Source: Candidatus Poribacteria bacterium (GTDB taxonomy: Bacteria; Poribacteria; WGA-4E; PCPOR2b). From it: 64,000 bases of DNA. Each line of letters begins with the position of its first letter. Position 1 is the first letter of the stretch. The DNA is taken from contig OZ220744.1 in NCBI GenBank assembly GCA_965116925.1, positions 5,760,001-5,824,000 of the forward strand. The letters are read 5' to 3'. Positions 10,655 through 21,366 of the stretch are shown in pieces. Below the pieces are notes generated by a model that was not told the origin of the DNA, made no database searches, and saw only the letters and a list, made by a program, of their open reading frames with translations. Position numbers and translations under genes: made by a program.

Positions 10655-10982
10655 TATTAATACAGAACGAGCCAACTCGTATCCCTGAATCATCGCGAAA
10701 AACCGCTTGCCTCTGACCGAACTTTCTGATACACTTTGATAGTGTTAACGTGCTGTAAGGGCTCACGACGTACGAAATTAGACAGACTCCCCTTGTTACT
10801 GGTTTAATTAAATTTCACAATCATACAAAAATGCGCCTAATGCTGAATGGAGTAAACGCTTACCTTGCCTATCGCTTACTTGTATTGCGATAGGTGATGC
10901 TTCCCAAGACTTCCACCCTTGGATAACTAATTCAACCTTTTAAGCTGGTAAGACAGACTTTCCACAAAAGAGGTGAGATATA

Positions 10983-11780
10983 ATGCCCGAAGGACTACAA
11001 GAACAACGAATCCTAGCGATGTTTATTGATTTTGAAAACCTTGCTATCGGATTCGAGCAGAAACAGAAGGAGAAAAAGGGGCGCGACGAACAGACTGTTT
11101 TTGATGTTCAGAAGGTTTTGGGACGCCTCGTCGAAAAGGGAAACGTCGTTGTCAAAACCGCTTACGCCGACTGGCATCGCTTTTTTAAGCACCGACAATC
11201 ACTCCACGAAGCTGGCATTGAGTTAATCGAAATTCCAAGGCGTTCACGGAGCGGTAAAAACTCAGCGGATATTCGTCTATGTGTTGATGCGATTGATTTG
11301 TGCTACTCAAAGGAACATATCGACACCTTTGTCGTTATTTCGGGGGATAGCGACTTCGCACCCCTTGTTTCAAAACTCAAGGAGAATGGAAAGTATGTTA
11401 TTGGGATGGGGCGGAAAGAATCCACCTCAAGTCTTCTGAGCGAAAACTGTGATGAGTTCATCTATTATGAGGAGCTTGAGCAGGATGAGACCACAGATCA
11501 GCGGGCTGAACGGAATATCCCAAGAGAATTACGGGAGGTCTTTGATCTGCTATTCAGCACCATCCGTGGGCTCATCCGTGAAAACCATGAAGTCCTATGG
11601 TCTTCAATGATTAAAGATACAATAAAGCGGAAACGCCCCTCCTTCAGCGAATCTTCTTATGGATTCAAATCTTTTAGCGAACTTTTAGAAGATGCGGAAA
11701 GCAGGGGGTTTATCACGCTGGAGAAGAATCCACGCAGTGGCACGTACGTCGTCGCAGGTTTTACCGAAAAGATGAGATAG
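10983..11780 (+). CDS. NYN (LabA/DUF88 PIN-like) domain protein with OST-HTH/LOTUS domain
   Basis: FIDFEN, GKNSADI, SGDSDF; C-terminal PSFSESSYGFKSFSELLE. Confidence 0.9.
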   Translation: MPEGLQEQRILAMFIDFENLAIGFEQKQKEKKGRDEQTVFDVQKVLGRLVEKGNVVVKTAYADWHRFFKHRQSLHEAGIELIEIPRRSRSGKNSADIRLCVDAIDLCYSKEHIDTFVVISGDSDFAPLVSKLKENGKYVIGMGRKESTSSLLSENCDEFIYYEELEQDETTDQRAERNIPRELREVFDLLFSTIRGLIRENHEVLWSSMIKDTIKRKRPSFSESSYGFKSFSELLEDAESRGFITLEKNPRSGTYVVAGFTEKMR

Positions 11781-11833
11781 CTGATCAAATCCTTTAAGGC
11801 GCTTTGAACCTTTGAGATAAGAGATCGCTAAAA

Positions 11834-13093
11834 ATGGGCGAGGTTTTAGGTCTTTCCAACATATCACCTTATATTCGCCGCCTATTGCAAGAGATTGGGA
11901 GGGTTGGGGAAAAGAAATCCCAGTCCGTCTATGTCGTTGGAGGTTTTGTTCGAGACCTCCTCATCGGGCGCGAGAATTTAGATATCGATATTGTTGTCGA
12001 GGGCAATGCGGTTGATTTTGCCTGCCAACTTGCTGAAGTGTGGGCAAGCAAGGTACAGCCACATCCCCAATTCAAAACTGCGACCATCACCCGGCTCGAT
12101 GGGTTGCAACTCGATTTTGTCAGCGCACGCAACGAAACTTATCCAAGCCCCGGAGCGTTACCTTCCGTTGAATATAGTACAATTACGGCGGACCTATGTC
12201 GGCGCGATTTTTCAATCAACGCTCTCGCTATGCGACTTCAGCCCAATGCTTTTGGCGAGCTAGTTGATTGTACGGATGGACTGCAAGATTTGCGGGCCGG
12301 GCGCATTCGTGTCCTGCATGAGCAAAGCTTCATTGATGATCCAACCCGCATTTTCCGGGCGATACGGTATGAGGGGCGTTACAATTTTCAGATTACCGAA
12401 ATCGATCAGCAGCGGATGCTCGATGCAATCAAGCAGGGTGTACTGAATCTCATCAGCGGGCAGCGCATCCGAAACGAAATTGACTACATATTGTCAGAAG
12501 CAGCCGCACCGCAAATGATTAATCGGATGGACGCATTTGATCTCTTTGACGCCATCCACCCGACTTGGAAAATCTCTCCAAATTTTGATGTACTTTGGAC
12601 TACCGCCGGTCAAGCGATTGAATGGGCATCAGCATCTTTCCCAAACGATCCAATGAACACAAGCGCAATACTTTGGATGACGCTGCTAACTGCCGTGGAT
12701 TCAATTGAAGTGATTGGCAGCCGATTGGGACTAGAAAATGCGTTATGCACCAAACTTAGCACTCAAGTGCAGTTAGAACACGCTTTGAACGCGCTCTCGG
12801 CATCTTCCAAGCCGAGTGAAGTTTATCAGTTGTTAAATTCTTATCCCCTAGAGCCGATTGTTTTTGCGCGGATGCAATCGAGCCAACCCGCTTGGCGGGT
12901 GGAAAAGATGAGTAACTATCTGATGCATTTGAGAACCGTTCAGCCCTTAATTACCGGCGACGACCTCATTCAACGGGGTTTAAAACCGGGCAGGGCGTTT
13001 TCAGATCTGTTGTGGCAGGCATTTGCCGCGCAGCTAGACGGAAAAGTATCAACCACACAGGAGATTTACCAACTTTTGGATATTGAGAACTAA
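11834..13093 (+). CDS. cca: Class II tRNA nucleotidyltransferase (CCA- or A-adding)
   Basis: VGGFVRD, DIDIVVE, RRDFSINA, DDPTRIFRAIRY. Confidence 0.88.
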   Translation: MGEVLGLSNISPYIRRLLQEIGRVGEKKSQSVYVVGGFVRDLLIGRENLDIDIVVEGNAVDFACQLAEVWASKVQPHPQFKTATITRLDGLQLDFVSARNETYPSPGALPSVEYSTITADLCRRDFSINALAMRLQPNAFGELVDCTDGLQDLRAGRIRVLHEQSFIDDPTRIFRAIRYEGRYNFQITEIDQQRMLDAIKQGVLNLISGQRIRNEIDYILSEAAAPQMINRMDAFDLFDAIHPTWKISPNFDVLWTTAGQAIEWASASFPNDPMNTSAILWMTLLTAVDSIEVIGSRLGLENALCTKLSTQVQLEHALNALSASSKPSEVYQLLNSYPLEPIVFARMQSSQPAWRVEKMSNYLMHLRTVQPLITGDDLIQRGLKPGRAFSDLLWQAFAAQLDGKVSTTQEIYQLLDIEN

Positions 13094-13779
13094 TGTTTAA
13101 CATCGACCCTTATCAAGCCATCCTTCGCGTCTGTCAATTTATCGTTTTGCTCACCTTTCATGAATGGGGACATGCGAAATCAGCCAATATGCTCGGTGAT
13201 CCGACCGCCGAAGATGAAGGCAGAATGTCATTCAATCCCGCGGTACATATTGATCTAATCGGAACAATCGCTCTACCGCTGCTTGGTACTTTATTTGGCG
13301 GCACCTTTTTTGGTTGGGCAAAGCCCGTGCCCGTGAACCCACGCAATTTGAGAAATCCCAAACGCGACCTTATGATTATTGCCGCAGCAGGTCCCGTCAT
13401 GAATATTCTCTGCACTATCGTCATCTTGGGCATTGCCAAGCTCCTAAAGGTAACAATTGGATTCCCTGAAATGGGATCATCCACACAATTTCAAATCTAC
13501 AGAATTCTGCTGCTCCAAAGTGGGATTATCAGCATTTTTCTGGCAGTATTCAATATGCTCCCCCTGTTCCCGCTCGATGGATTTAGCGTCGTATATGGGT
13601 TGCTGCCGTGGCGGCAGGCGCAAGCGTTCGCAAGGCTACGTCCCTATGGGATGATCATTCTAATGTGCATTATTTTTGTGCCCAGCCTGCTAAACTTCTG
13701 GAACCCGGTCTTCTGGTTTATTGGGGAAGTTTCGTACGGTATTTTCAATCTGATCGCAACCCTCGTGGGTTTGAGATGA
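13093..13779 (+). CDS. Site-2 protease family (M50) membrane metalloprotease
   Basis: HEWGH, AGPVMN, FNMLPLFPLDG. Confidence 0.92.
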   Translation: MFNIDPYQAILRVCQFIVLLTFHEWGHAKSANMLGDPTAEDEGRMSFNPAVHIDLIGTIALPLLGTLFGGTFFGWAKPVPVNPRNLRNPKRDLMIIAAAGPVMNILCTIVILGIAKLLKVTIGFPEMGSSTQFQIYRILLLQSGIISIFLAVFNMLPLFPLDGFSVVYGLLPWRQAQAFARLRPYGMIILMCIIFVPSLLNFWNPVFWFIGEVSYGIFNLIATLVGLR

Positions 13780-13792
13780 ATTTAAGGGAAAA

Positions 13793-14797
13793 ATGGATTT
13801 GGAGGCAATAACAGAAATGGAAAAAACGCGACTAGTGACTGGAATTCGTCCGACAGGACCGCTACACATTGGGCATCTCGAAGGGATGTTGACAAACACA
13901 GCAAACCTGCAAGACAAATACGAGTGTTATCCATTCATCGCAGACTGGCATTCACTCACCGATGTAACCGATACCTCAAACCTGCCTGAATACACATTGA
14001 ACGCAGCGATTGACTGGTTGAGCGCGGGAATCGATCCGGACAAGAGCACCCTCTTCGTTCAGTCGCACGTCATGGAACATGCGGAACTCGCCACTTTACT
14101 TACGATGGTTACGCCGGTATCTTGGCTTGAACGGTGTCCAACGTACAAAGACAAAATTCAAGATATCACGCAACGCGAGGGACCCTCTACCGGTTTACTA
14201 GAGTATCCGGTATTGATGACCGCGGATATCATTGTTTACAAAGCAGAAATGGTAACGGTTGGAGCGGATCAGGTTGCCCATCTGGAAATTTCGAGGGAAA
14301 TCGTTCGCCGATTTAACCATATTTACGGTGAGGTTTTCCCAGAACCGCAGCCCATGTTGAGCGAAGCCTCCGGGTTACCGGGCCTTGATGGACGCAAGAT
14401 GAGTAAAAGCTACGGTAACGCCATTCAGTTATCAGATCCACCTGAAGCAACACAGCAAAACCTTATGAAAATGGTAACAGATCCGGGACGGGTACGTCGC
14501 AACGATCCCGGCAATCCCGATGTCTGTCCTGTCTTCGCATACCATCAGATCTACAACCCCGACGAAGTACCGCAGATCGATAAGGATTGCCGTGCTGCTG
14601 CAATCGGTTGTGTCGACTGTAAACGGAATCTCAACGAAAAGTTAATCACTAAATTGACCCCCTTTTACGAAAGACGCTCAGAATGGGCAGCCAAGCCGAA
14701 AACCGTTCGTGATGTCCTTGCCGAAGGAGCGAGGCGGGCAAAAAAGGTCGCTCAAGAAACAATGGCAGAAGTTCGATCTGCAATGAAGTTAGCGTAA
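13793..14797 (+). CDS. trpS: Tryptophan--tRNA ligase
   Basis: TGIRPTGPLHIGH, KMSKS, YPVLMTADI. Confidence 0.96.
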   Translation: MDLEAITEMEKTRLVTGIRPTGPLHIGHLEGMLTNTANLQDKYECYPFIADWHSLTDVTDTSNLPEYTLNAAIDWLSAGIDPDKSTLFVQSHVMEHAELATLLTMVTPVSWLERCPTYKDKIQDITQREGPSTGLLEYPVLMTADIIVYKAEMVTVGADQVAHLEISREIVRRFNHIYGEVFPEPQPMLSEASGLPGLDGRKMSKSYGNAIQLSDPPEATQQNLMKMVTDPGRVRRNDPGNPDVCPVFAYHQIYNPDEVPQIDKDCRAAAIGCVDCKRNLNEKLITKLTPFYERRSEWAAKPKTVRDVLAEGARRAKKVAQETMAEVRSAMKLA

Positions 14798-14836
14798 AAC
14801 TTGACACCAAAGCAAACGAATTGGGGAGGAGAACAT

Positions 14837-15100
14837 ATGGCATCTGTAAAGACCACTATCGTCCAGATTGGTGACTCTCAAGGCATTCTTATACCAAAGC
14901 ACCTACTAGAACAATACCATCTACAGGAAGAGGTCGAACTAGAACCGAGAGGAAATTACCTAATCATCAAGGCACTAACTACACCAAGAGCCGGCTGGAC
15001 TGAGATGTTTCGCAAAATGGCAGAGAAGGGTGATGATGCAATACTGGATGAAGATATATCCCTGGAAACAACATGGGACCGGGAAGAATGGCAATGGTGA
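14837..15100 (+). CDS. mazE: AbrB/MazE-family antitoxin
   Basis: IVQIGDSQGILIPK, PRAGW, acidic Trp tail; SD GGAGGAG; overlaps the toxin start. Confidence 0.85.
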   Translation: MASVKTTIVQIGDSQGILIPKHLLEQYHLQEEVELEPRGNYLIIKALTTPRAGWTEMFRKMAEKGDDAILDEDISLETTWDREEWQW

Positions 15101-15417
15101 TTGAACGCTTTGAGGTTTATTTAGTCAATCTTGATCCGACGCAAGGTCGAGAGATCCAAAAAACGTGACCCTGTCTTGTTATTTCTCCAAATGAACTGAA
15201 TCATTATATTGGAACAATCATCATCGCCCCTATGACGACAAAAGGTAGAGATTATCCCACTCGCGTACCTGTTACTTTCCAAGGTAAAAACGGGCAAATT
15301 GTTCTCGACCAGATTCGTACTGTGGATAAGACCCGACTGTTTAGGCGGCTAGGACAGATTGATGAAAATACAGCGCAAAGGGTCCTTGAGGTATTAGCCG
15401 AAATATTCGCGCCATAG
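15094..15417 (+). pseudogene. mazF: PemK/MazF toxin with in-frame TGA at codon 25
   Basis: MVIERFEVYLVNLDPTQGREIQKT*PCLVISP...APMTT...VLDQIRTVDKTRL; TGA at 15166-15168. Confidence 0.88.
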
Positions 15418-15438
15418 AAAGGGAATAAGGTAGTCTGC

Positions 15439-16197
15439 ATGGACCCTACAACCCCAATTACTAATCTCCAACCACTAAAACCTATTTATGCAATTAAACT
15501 AGATGTCTTTGAAGGTCCGTTGGATTTGCTGCTCCATCTAATCCAACAGAATGAGATGGCGATCACAGATGTCTCAATTGCAGAAATTACGGAGCAGTAT
15601 CTAGAATATCTCAACTTAATGGAGATGCTAGATCTCGATGTTGCATCGGAATTTTTGGTTATGGCAGCGACACTGCTTCATCTCAAGTCCCAAATCATTC
15701 TCCCCTCAACGGACTCCGATGAATCCTACACTTTCAAGGATCGTGAAGAACTAGTTCAGCAGCTTTTGGAGTACAAGCAATTCAAAGAAGCGGCCCAAAC
15801 GCTAGATTACTACGCAACAAACCACGAGAAAGTCTATGGTCGCAGTGTAGATTCATACGGAGATGTAGAAGATTTGCGGGAAGTACAGATTAAAGCAACA
15901 CTCTTTGATCTGCTTTCTGCCTTTCAGTATATAACCGAGCGGGAATTTGCGATTGATGACGTTTATGAGGAAATCCATGAAGAACAGATTACCGTCGAAG
16001 AGAAGATGGAGTTTCTAGAGCGTAGGCTTAACGCCGGCGAGCAGATCCGGTTCGAGGAACTATTTTCAGAGTATGCCAGCAAGCTTGAGAGAATTGTTAC
16101 ATTTTTAGCAATTTTAGAACTGATACGTCTCCAGCGAATCGTTGCTGTTCAATCGGGGCACTTCGATAATATTTATATCGTTAAACGTGATGCGTAA
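15439..16197 (+). CDS. scpA: Segregation/condensation protein A
   Basis: FEGPLDLLLHLI, FLVMAATLL, VTFLAILEL. Confidence 0.95.
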   Translation: MDPTTPITNLQPLKPIYAIKLDVFEGPLDLLLHLIQQNEMAITDVSIAEITEQYLEYLNLMEMLDLDVASEFLVMAATLLHLKSQIILPSTDSDESYTFKDREELVQQLLEYKQFKEAAQTLDYYATNHEKVYGRSVDSYGDVEDLREVQIKATLFDLLSAFQYITEREFAIDDVYEEIHEEQITVEEKMEFLERRLNAGEQIRFEELFSEYASKLERIVTFLAILELIRLQRIVAVQSGHFDNIYIVKRDA

Positions 16198-16279
16198 GGA
16201 AAGTATCAAGTCAACACAATTTTAATTCATCAAAAGTCACCCCTTAAAAACCAATCCTAAACCCAATGGAACTTCGCCT

Positions 16280-16876
16280 ATGTCTGACACCCAATATCCA
16301 CTCCTTATAGATGTAGCTAGTCCACTAGTACATAATCCAGACGAAATCAAGTCAGTCCTCGAAGCCGTTCTGTTCGCTGCCAGTGAGCCGATTTCGTTGG
16401 AGCAGTTCGGTCAATTGTTCGAGGAGATATCCACTTGGCAGATCCGTCAACAACTTATGCAGTTGCGGGATGAGTATCAGGAAACAAATCGCAGCTTTCA
16501 ACTCATTGAGATTGCCAACGGATTTCAGATCTGTACACGCGCCGAGTATCACCCGTGGATTGAAAAATTTCACACGCGCCAGATTCGTGTTAAACTCTCG
16601 CCTTCCGCTCTGGAAGCCCTCGCTATCGTCGCCTATAAACAACCCGTGACCCGATCCGAAGTTGAGGAGATTCGTGGTGTCAACAGCGATAGCGTCTTGA
16701 ATTCGCTGATCGAAAAGCGGATGGTTCGCATCGCCGGACGGAAACCCGGTCCGGGGCGCTCGCTCTTACTTGCAACCACAGATGATTTTCTGGAACAGTT
16801 CGGGTTGAAAGATCTGTCAGCACTCCCCTCAATGGAGGAGATTGAAGAGATCTTGAATCAGTCGGCTGAGGAGTAG
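16280..16876 (+). CDS. scpB: SMC-Scp complex subunit ScpB
   Basis: LEAVLFA, LEALAIVAYKQPVTRSEVEEIRGV, FLEQFGLKDLSALP. Confidence 0.95.
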   Translation: MSDTQYPLLIDVASPLVHNPDEIKSVLEAVLFAASEPISLEQFGQLFEEISTWQIRQQLMQLRDEYQETNRSFQLIEIANGFQICTRAEYHPWIEKFHTRQIRVKLSPSALEALAIVAYKQPVTRSEVEEIRGVNSDSVLNSLIEKRMVRIAGRKPGPGRSLLLATTDDFLEQFGLKDLSALPSMEEIEEILNQSAEE

Positions 16877-16986
16877 TTCCCTGAACGGGATGGACTTGGA
16901 TTTCGTTGCGCTCAATTGGCAACGCCGTTCCATTCTAATCCTAACGCAGAATAACAGCAATGAAACGTTAAATCCGGAGAGTTCTA

Positions 16987-17928
16987 ATGGCGTATTATTT
17001 GGTTACAGGCGGCTGTGGGTTCATTGGATCTCACCTTGTTGAAGCCCTCGTGCAAAAAGGAGAGCGTGTACGTGTGTTCGATAACTGCTCAACAGGTAAA
17101 GCCAAGAACATAGCGCACGTTAAAAATCGGATTGAGTTTGTAGATGGGGACCTGCAGGAACTTGACGCTGTGCATCAGGCGGTCGCAGGGATTGACTATG
17201 TTTTTCACCAAGGTGCTCGCCCATCGGTCGCTCGATCTGTTGCGGATCCCATTTTGAGCAACAATGTGAATATCAACGGAACTTTGAACCTCCTTGTTGC
17301 AGCAAGAGATGCGGGGGTAAAACGCGTTGTCTATGCGGCCTCCTCATCAGCTTATGGAAATATACCGACACTCCCCAGATCTGAGACGCTCTCTCCACAA
17401 CCCGCCTCCCCTTACGCGATTACTAAATATGTTGGCGAATGTTACTGTCGAGTTTTCACACAAGTTTTCGATTTAGAAACGGTTGCCCTACGATACTTTA
17501 ACATTTTCGGTCCCCGTCAGGATCCAACATCTCAATATTCAGCGGTTATCCCGAAGTTTATTCAGGCTTATCTACACGGCAACTCGCCGGCAATCGAGGG
17601 TGATGGTGAACAGTCGAGAGATTTTACCTACATTGCAAACGCGGTCCATGCCAACCTTCTCGCGTGTCATGCAGAAGGAGTCGCAGGAGAGGTATTTAAC
17701 ATCGGCTGCGGTCAGCAGACATCAATTAACCGGCTTGCGAACCTTATCGGAGAGATGATGGAGACCGATGCCAAACCTATCTACACATCGTCGCGTCCCG
17801 GTGATGTTCGACATTCTCGTGCGGATATCCGCAAAGCGCAGCAACTACTTGGCTATGAACCAAAAGTCGAGCTCAAAGCAGGTTTGCGCCGAACCATTGA
17901 CTGGTTTCTCCGACGTTGTGATACTTGA
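16987..17928 (+). CDS. NAD-dependent nucleotide-sugar 4-epimerase (WbpP-like SDR)
   Basis: VTGGCGFIGSH, SPYAITK, LRYFNIFGPRQDP. Confidence 0.9.
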   Translation: MAYYLVTGGCGFIGSHLVEALVQKGERVRVFDNCSTGKAKNIAHVKNRIEFVDGDLQELDAVHQAVAGIDYVFHQGARPSVARSVADPILSNNVNINGTLNLLVAARDAGVKRVVYAASSSAYGNIPTLPRSETLSPQPASPYAITKYVGECYCRVFTQVFDLETVALRYFNIFGPRQDPTSQYSAVIPKFIQAYLHGNSPAIEGDGEQSRDFTYIANAVHANLLACHAEGVAGEVFNIGCGQQTSINRLANLIGEMMETDAKPIYTSSRPGDVRHSRADIRKAQQLLGYEPKVELKAGLRRTIDWFLRRCDT

Positions 17929-17987
17929 AAGCACCTCACATCCCCCGTCTACCCTCTCATTCAGAATTGCATTCGCAGGAGGAAAAA

Positions 17988-20723
17988 ATGCAATCGCATC
18001 AAAGTTGGCTCATATTTTCGATCGCCGTCATATTCATTGTGCTTTTGAATAACCAGACCTGGGCCCAACAATCCACTCCAACCGAAACCGATGAAGAAAT
18101 GATTGAAGACTTTGCCGAACGCGCAACGAGTGGATTGAAGGGAAGGGTAATTTGGGAAAGACAAGATTTATCACAGACAACTGTACAGGTTTACAAGGAT
18201 GAAGGTTTAAAGCATCTCTACACCGGCGTAACACAGCTAAACAGTGGAGAATTTGAAGTCCGCGTTGAGCCGGGGCGCTACTACCTTGTCGCTTTTGTGG
18301 ATCTGAATCGCTCCGGCAAATTTGATACCGCCGACGGCATGGGGATTTTCGGTATCACAGACTGGGATGATTCAAACCAACAGAAACAGGCCGTCAAGGT
18401 CGCAGATCGGCAGGTGATTAGAGGACTTAATATTATCATCACAGCAAGAATGCAGAAGGTTGGCGAACAGGGGCAGATTGTCTCGCTATCCGATTATCAA
18501 GAAGACCCATTCGAGCAATTTAAGTCGGAATTGGAGATGATCTCGTCTGGTATTAAGGGACAGGTGATGTATGAAGGACAGGCATCGCTCAAAAATGCAC
18601 TCGTCTTTGCCTACACAGATCTGTCATGGAAATACCGCGCCGCAGAAACACGGGTTGCAGCAGATGGCAACTTCGCACTCAATTTACCGCCGGGAAAGTA
18701 TTACTTGATGGCGATCATTGATAGAGATAACAATAACCTTTTTGATTCAGGAGACGCTCTCGGTATATACGGTGTCACAGATCTGCGCGAACCCCAAGCG
18801 GTTCCTCAACCTGTATTGGTTAGTCCCAACCAATTCGTCTCAGACCTCCAGATCGCAATCACAGGGCAACAGACAATGAGTGGGCAAGTTGTTCCCGTGA
18901 ATGAACCTGTGGAGGGGGTCGATCCTGCTGGCGCGGCGACAGCACAACTTACCGGTAAGGTCAGATGGACAGGAAAGGCATTGAAAGGAGGCGTTATCCA
19001 AGTTTTCCGGGAGGCATCATTACTCGGAGAGGTACACCAAGTTGAGGTGGACGAGGATGGGAAATTCAGTCTTCAACTCCCGCCGGGGGATTATTATCTC
19101 ATAGCCTACATTGATGCAGATGGCGATGGAAAATACAGTTTAGGAGATGGGCTTGGCGGTTATGGTACTGCGGATATCACAACCGCCCCTTCATCTGCAT
19201 TGACCGTATCGGACGGGCCAAACCCTGAAATCATAATTTTCGTGAGTGCACAGTATAACGCGGATGGGCACCTGGAAGCAATTGCCGAAGGCACCATTGA
19301 CTTGAGCCAAGCGAATAGCGGCGGCATTTCCGGTCAGATTCGGTGGGATGGGAAGGTGTTTAAAGAAGGAATCCTCTCGATTTCAGAGACGCCTGACTTC
19401 CGGTCGCCTGTCGCAATCTCCTTAAATTTGGAAGACAATGGACGTTATGAGGTTTCCGTACCACCGGGAGATTACTACATTATGGCAGTTGTCGATCTTG
19501 ATGGAGATCGAAAATCGGGCTTACAGGATGGTGTTGGTATCTATGGTACGCGGCATCCTGTCCGCAGCAAAGATCTGCAACGGGTTTCTGTGTTTCCGGA
19601 CTATATCACGCCACACATTGATATTGAAATTTTCGCTATGTACATTGATGTAGAGGGTAACATCGCCGAAATCGAGGATGGTGGTCGCTCCGAGATTAAA
19701 CTCCAATATGGCGTGCCCGAAGATGTTTTCCAATTTACCCGTTTTGGACGTCAAATCGAGGAGTGGTGCTATTGGACCCAAGGTGTTCGCTTCCGCTTTG
19801 AAGCTATCGGGGCCGGTTGGAAATTACAGACCCGGAAAGATTTTGAACCGACACCTGAAGCACTTGAACAACTGAAACAACTTGAACCGTCGTCGCAACA
19901 ACCGAACACCGATGAACCTGAAACAACCCCGTTAAATGTCCTGCTCTACTATAGCTTTGACGACATCATCTGGGAATGTATGCCAGCGATTGGCATACAA
20001 CAACCGTTGGCAACGGGCAGACGACCAACCGCTGCTTTGGATGGCAGATTGATCCGTCTAGACCTAGAGGGGAACGTCATCCTCCACGATTCAGATACCC
20101 CGCATGGCAGATTATTGCTTGACAAACGTGAGCTGGCAACCGATGTAACTATCTCGCCGGATGGCGCATACCTCGCGTTCGCGAGACAGGAGATGGGGCG
20201 ACGACACATCTACCTCCGACATATCGCAAGTCGGGAGGAAATCCCTATACCCTCGACAGCGCAAGAGATGTTTACACCCGCATGGAATCTAACCGGAGAA
20301 CTGTTAGCGTACAGTACAAAGGGAAGTATCGAAAACCCAGAAGCTGGTACAGATCGGAATATTTATAGCTACGCTTATGCCAGTGGGCGTGTTGAACCCA
20401 TCAGTATAGGACCCGAAGATGACGCAGAACCTGCGTGGTGCCCATCAGATCCGAATTTCCTCGCCTTCTCTCGCGCGGAAGGTCAGCATCGCCAGATTTG
20501 GCTTGTTGAACTGAGTCCAGAAGGAAAACCGGACGCGCAACAATTGACCCGCTACGGCGGCGAAAAACCGGTTTGGTTGCCTGATGGTTCAGCAATCATT
20601 TACGAGGCCAACGGTCAACTTTGGCAAATTTCAAAGGACGGATCGAAAAACCGCCCGGTGATCTTCAACGGACGGGTAATTTTTGGGCACGAACCGTATA
20701 CAATCCCCCCACCGATTCAGTAA
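17988..20723 (+). CDS. Secreted protein with four repeated beta-sandwich/Ca-loop modules and a C-terminal PD40/TolB-like propeller
   Basis: Signal peptide ending TWA; four PG.YY...D.[ND].[SND]..[DQ]G.G..G repeats; SPDG and PAW PD40-like motifs; SD AGGAGG. Confidence 0.7.
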   Translation: MQSHQSWLIFSIAVIFIVLLNNQTWAQQSTPTETDEEMIEDFAERATSGLKGRVIWERQDLSQTTVQVYKDEGLKHLYTGVTQLNSGEFEVRVEPGRYYLVAFVDLNRSGKFDTADGMGIFGITDWDDSNQQKQAVKVADRQVIRGLNIIITARMQKVGEQGQIVSLSDYQEDPFEQFKSELEMISSGIKGQVMYEGQASLKNALVFAYTDLSWKYRAAETRVAADGNFALNLPPGKYYLMAIIDRDNNNLFDSGDALGIYGVTDLREPQAVPQPVLVSPNQFVSDLQIAITGQQTMSGQVVPVNEPVEGVDPAGAATAQLTGKVRWTGKALKGGVIQVFREASLLGEVHQVEVDEDGKFSLQLPPGDYYLIAYIDADGDGKYSLGDGLGGYGTADITTAPSSALTVSDGPNPEIIIFVSAQYNADGHLEAIAEGTIDLSQANSGGISGQIRWDGKVFKEGILSISETPDFRSPVAISLNLEDNGRYEVSVPPGDYYIMAVVDLDGDRKSGLQDGVGIYGTRHPVRSKDLQRVSVFPDYITPHIDIEIFAMYIDVEGNIAEIEDGGRSEIKLQYGVPEDVFQFTRFGRQIEEWCYWTQGVRFRFEAIGAGWKLQTRKDFEPTPEALEQLKQLEPSSQQPNTDEPETTPLNVLLYYSFDDIIWECMPAIGIQQPLATGRRPTAALDGRLIRLDLEGNVILHDSDTPHGRLLLDKRELATDVTISPDGAYLAFARQEMGRRHIYLRHIASREEIPIPSTAQEMFTPAWNLTGELLAYSTKGSIENPEAGTDRNIYSYAYASGRVEPISIGPEDDAEPAWCPSDPNFLAFSRAEGQHRQIWLVELSPEGKPDAQQLTRYGGEKPVWLPDGSAIIYEANGQLWQISKDGSKNRPVIFNGRVIFGHEPYTIPPPIQ

Positions 20724-21104
20724 TAGGCATTTACCTGCCTCTTAAATGTGACAGCGCAATTTAACAATCCACTCCCGCACTAAAACATCTTGCGATAAAA
20801 CCTAGAAAACGTCAGGATTTCTCGGTTGCAAGGGCTCATCAACTATGGTAAAATGAATCTGTTGCTTTTACCGATTTAGACAATATATCCTCGATCCCCT
20901 CAAGTCTAAAATTTGGATTTCCTATCAACTCACTCGCCCGATGAATCGGGCAACTACATTTCAGCGGCGGTTACGGTTATCCATATATGCGATTCCACGG
21001 AATTTGTAGATTTGGCGGGTGGAATGTAATGCTCCCCATTTTTTTGGATAGAGAATTAATCTTCGCTTGCGGATCATACGTCATCATCTACATGAGTACA
21101 TAAA

Positions 21105-21209
21105 TTATAGTAGATTTTAGAATTAATGGGACATGTCAAACCGGTGCGGTTACAAACCGCACCTACCGGGGGAGCGCAAGTGTTTCTTTATTTTTTGAAG
21201 TCACTATAA
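21105..21209. mobile_element. MITE (TTATAGT...ACTATAA) carrying a REP hairpin
   Basis: Terminal inverted repeats; homologous copy at 57736-57845. Confidence 0.75.
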
Positions 21210-21366
21210 ATCTCATTGACGAATGTGCTTCAAGACAGATGTTCTATGTTTTTATCTGATGAGAAAAAGAGGAAATTGACACTAAAATAGATGAACAACC
21301 CCATGAAGGATGCCCAACGTCAGCAAAAGTATCAACTGTGCATTATAATGAGGGAAGGAATAAATT

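Noticed and set aside
15166..15168. Selenocysteine or recoded TGA in mazF
   Set aside because: The position corresponds to a conserved Arg, and TGA is the normal stop of many genes in this window.
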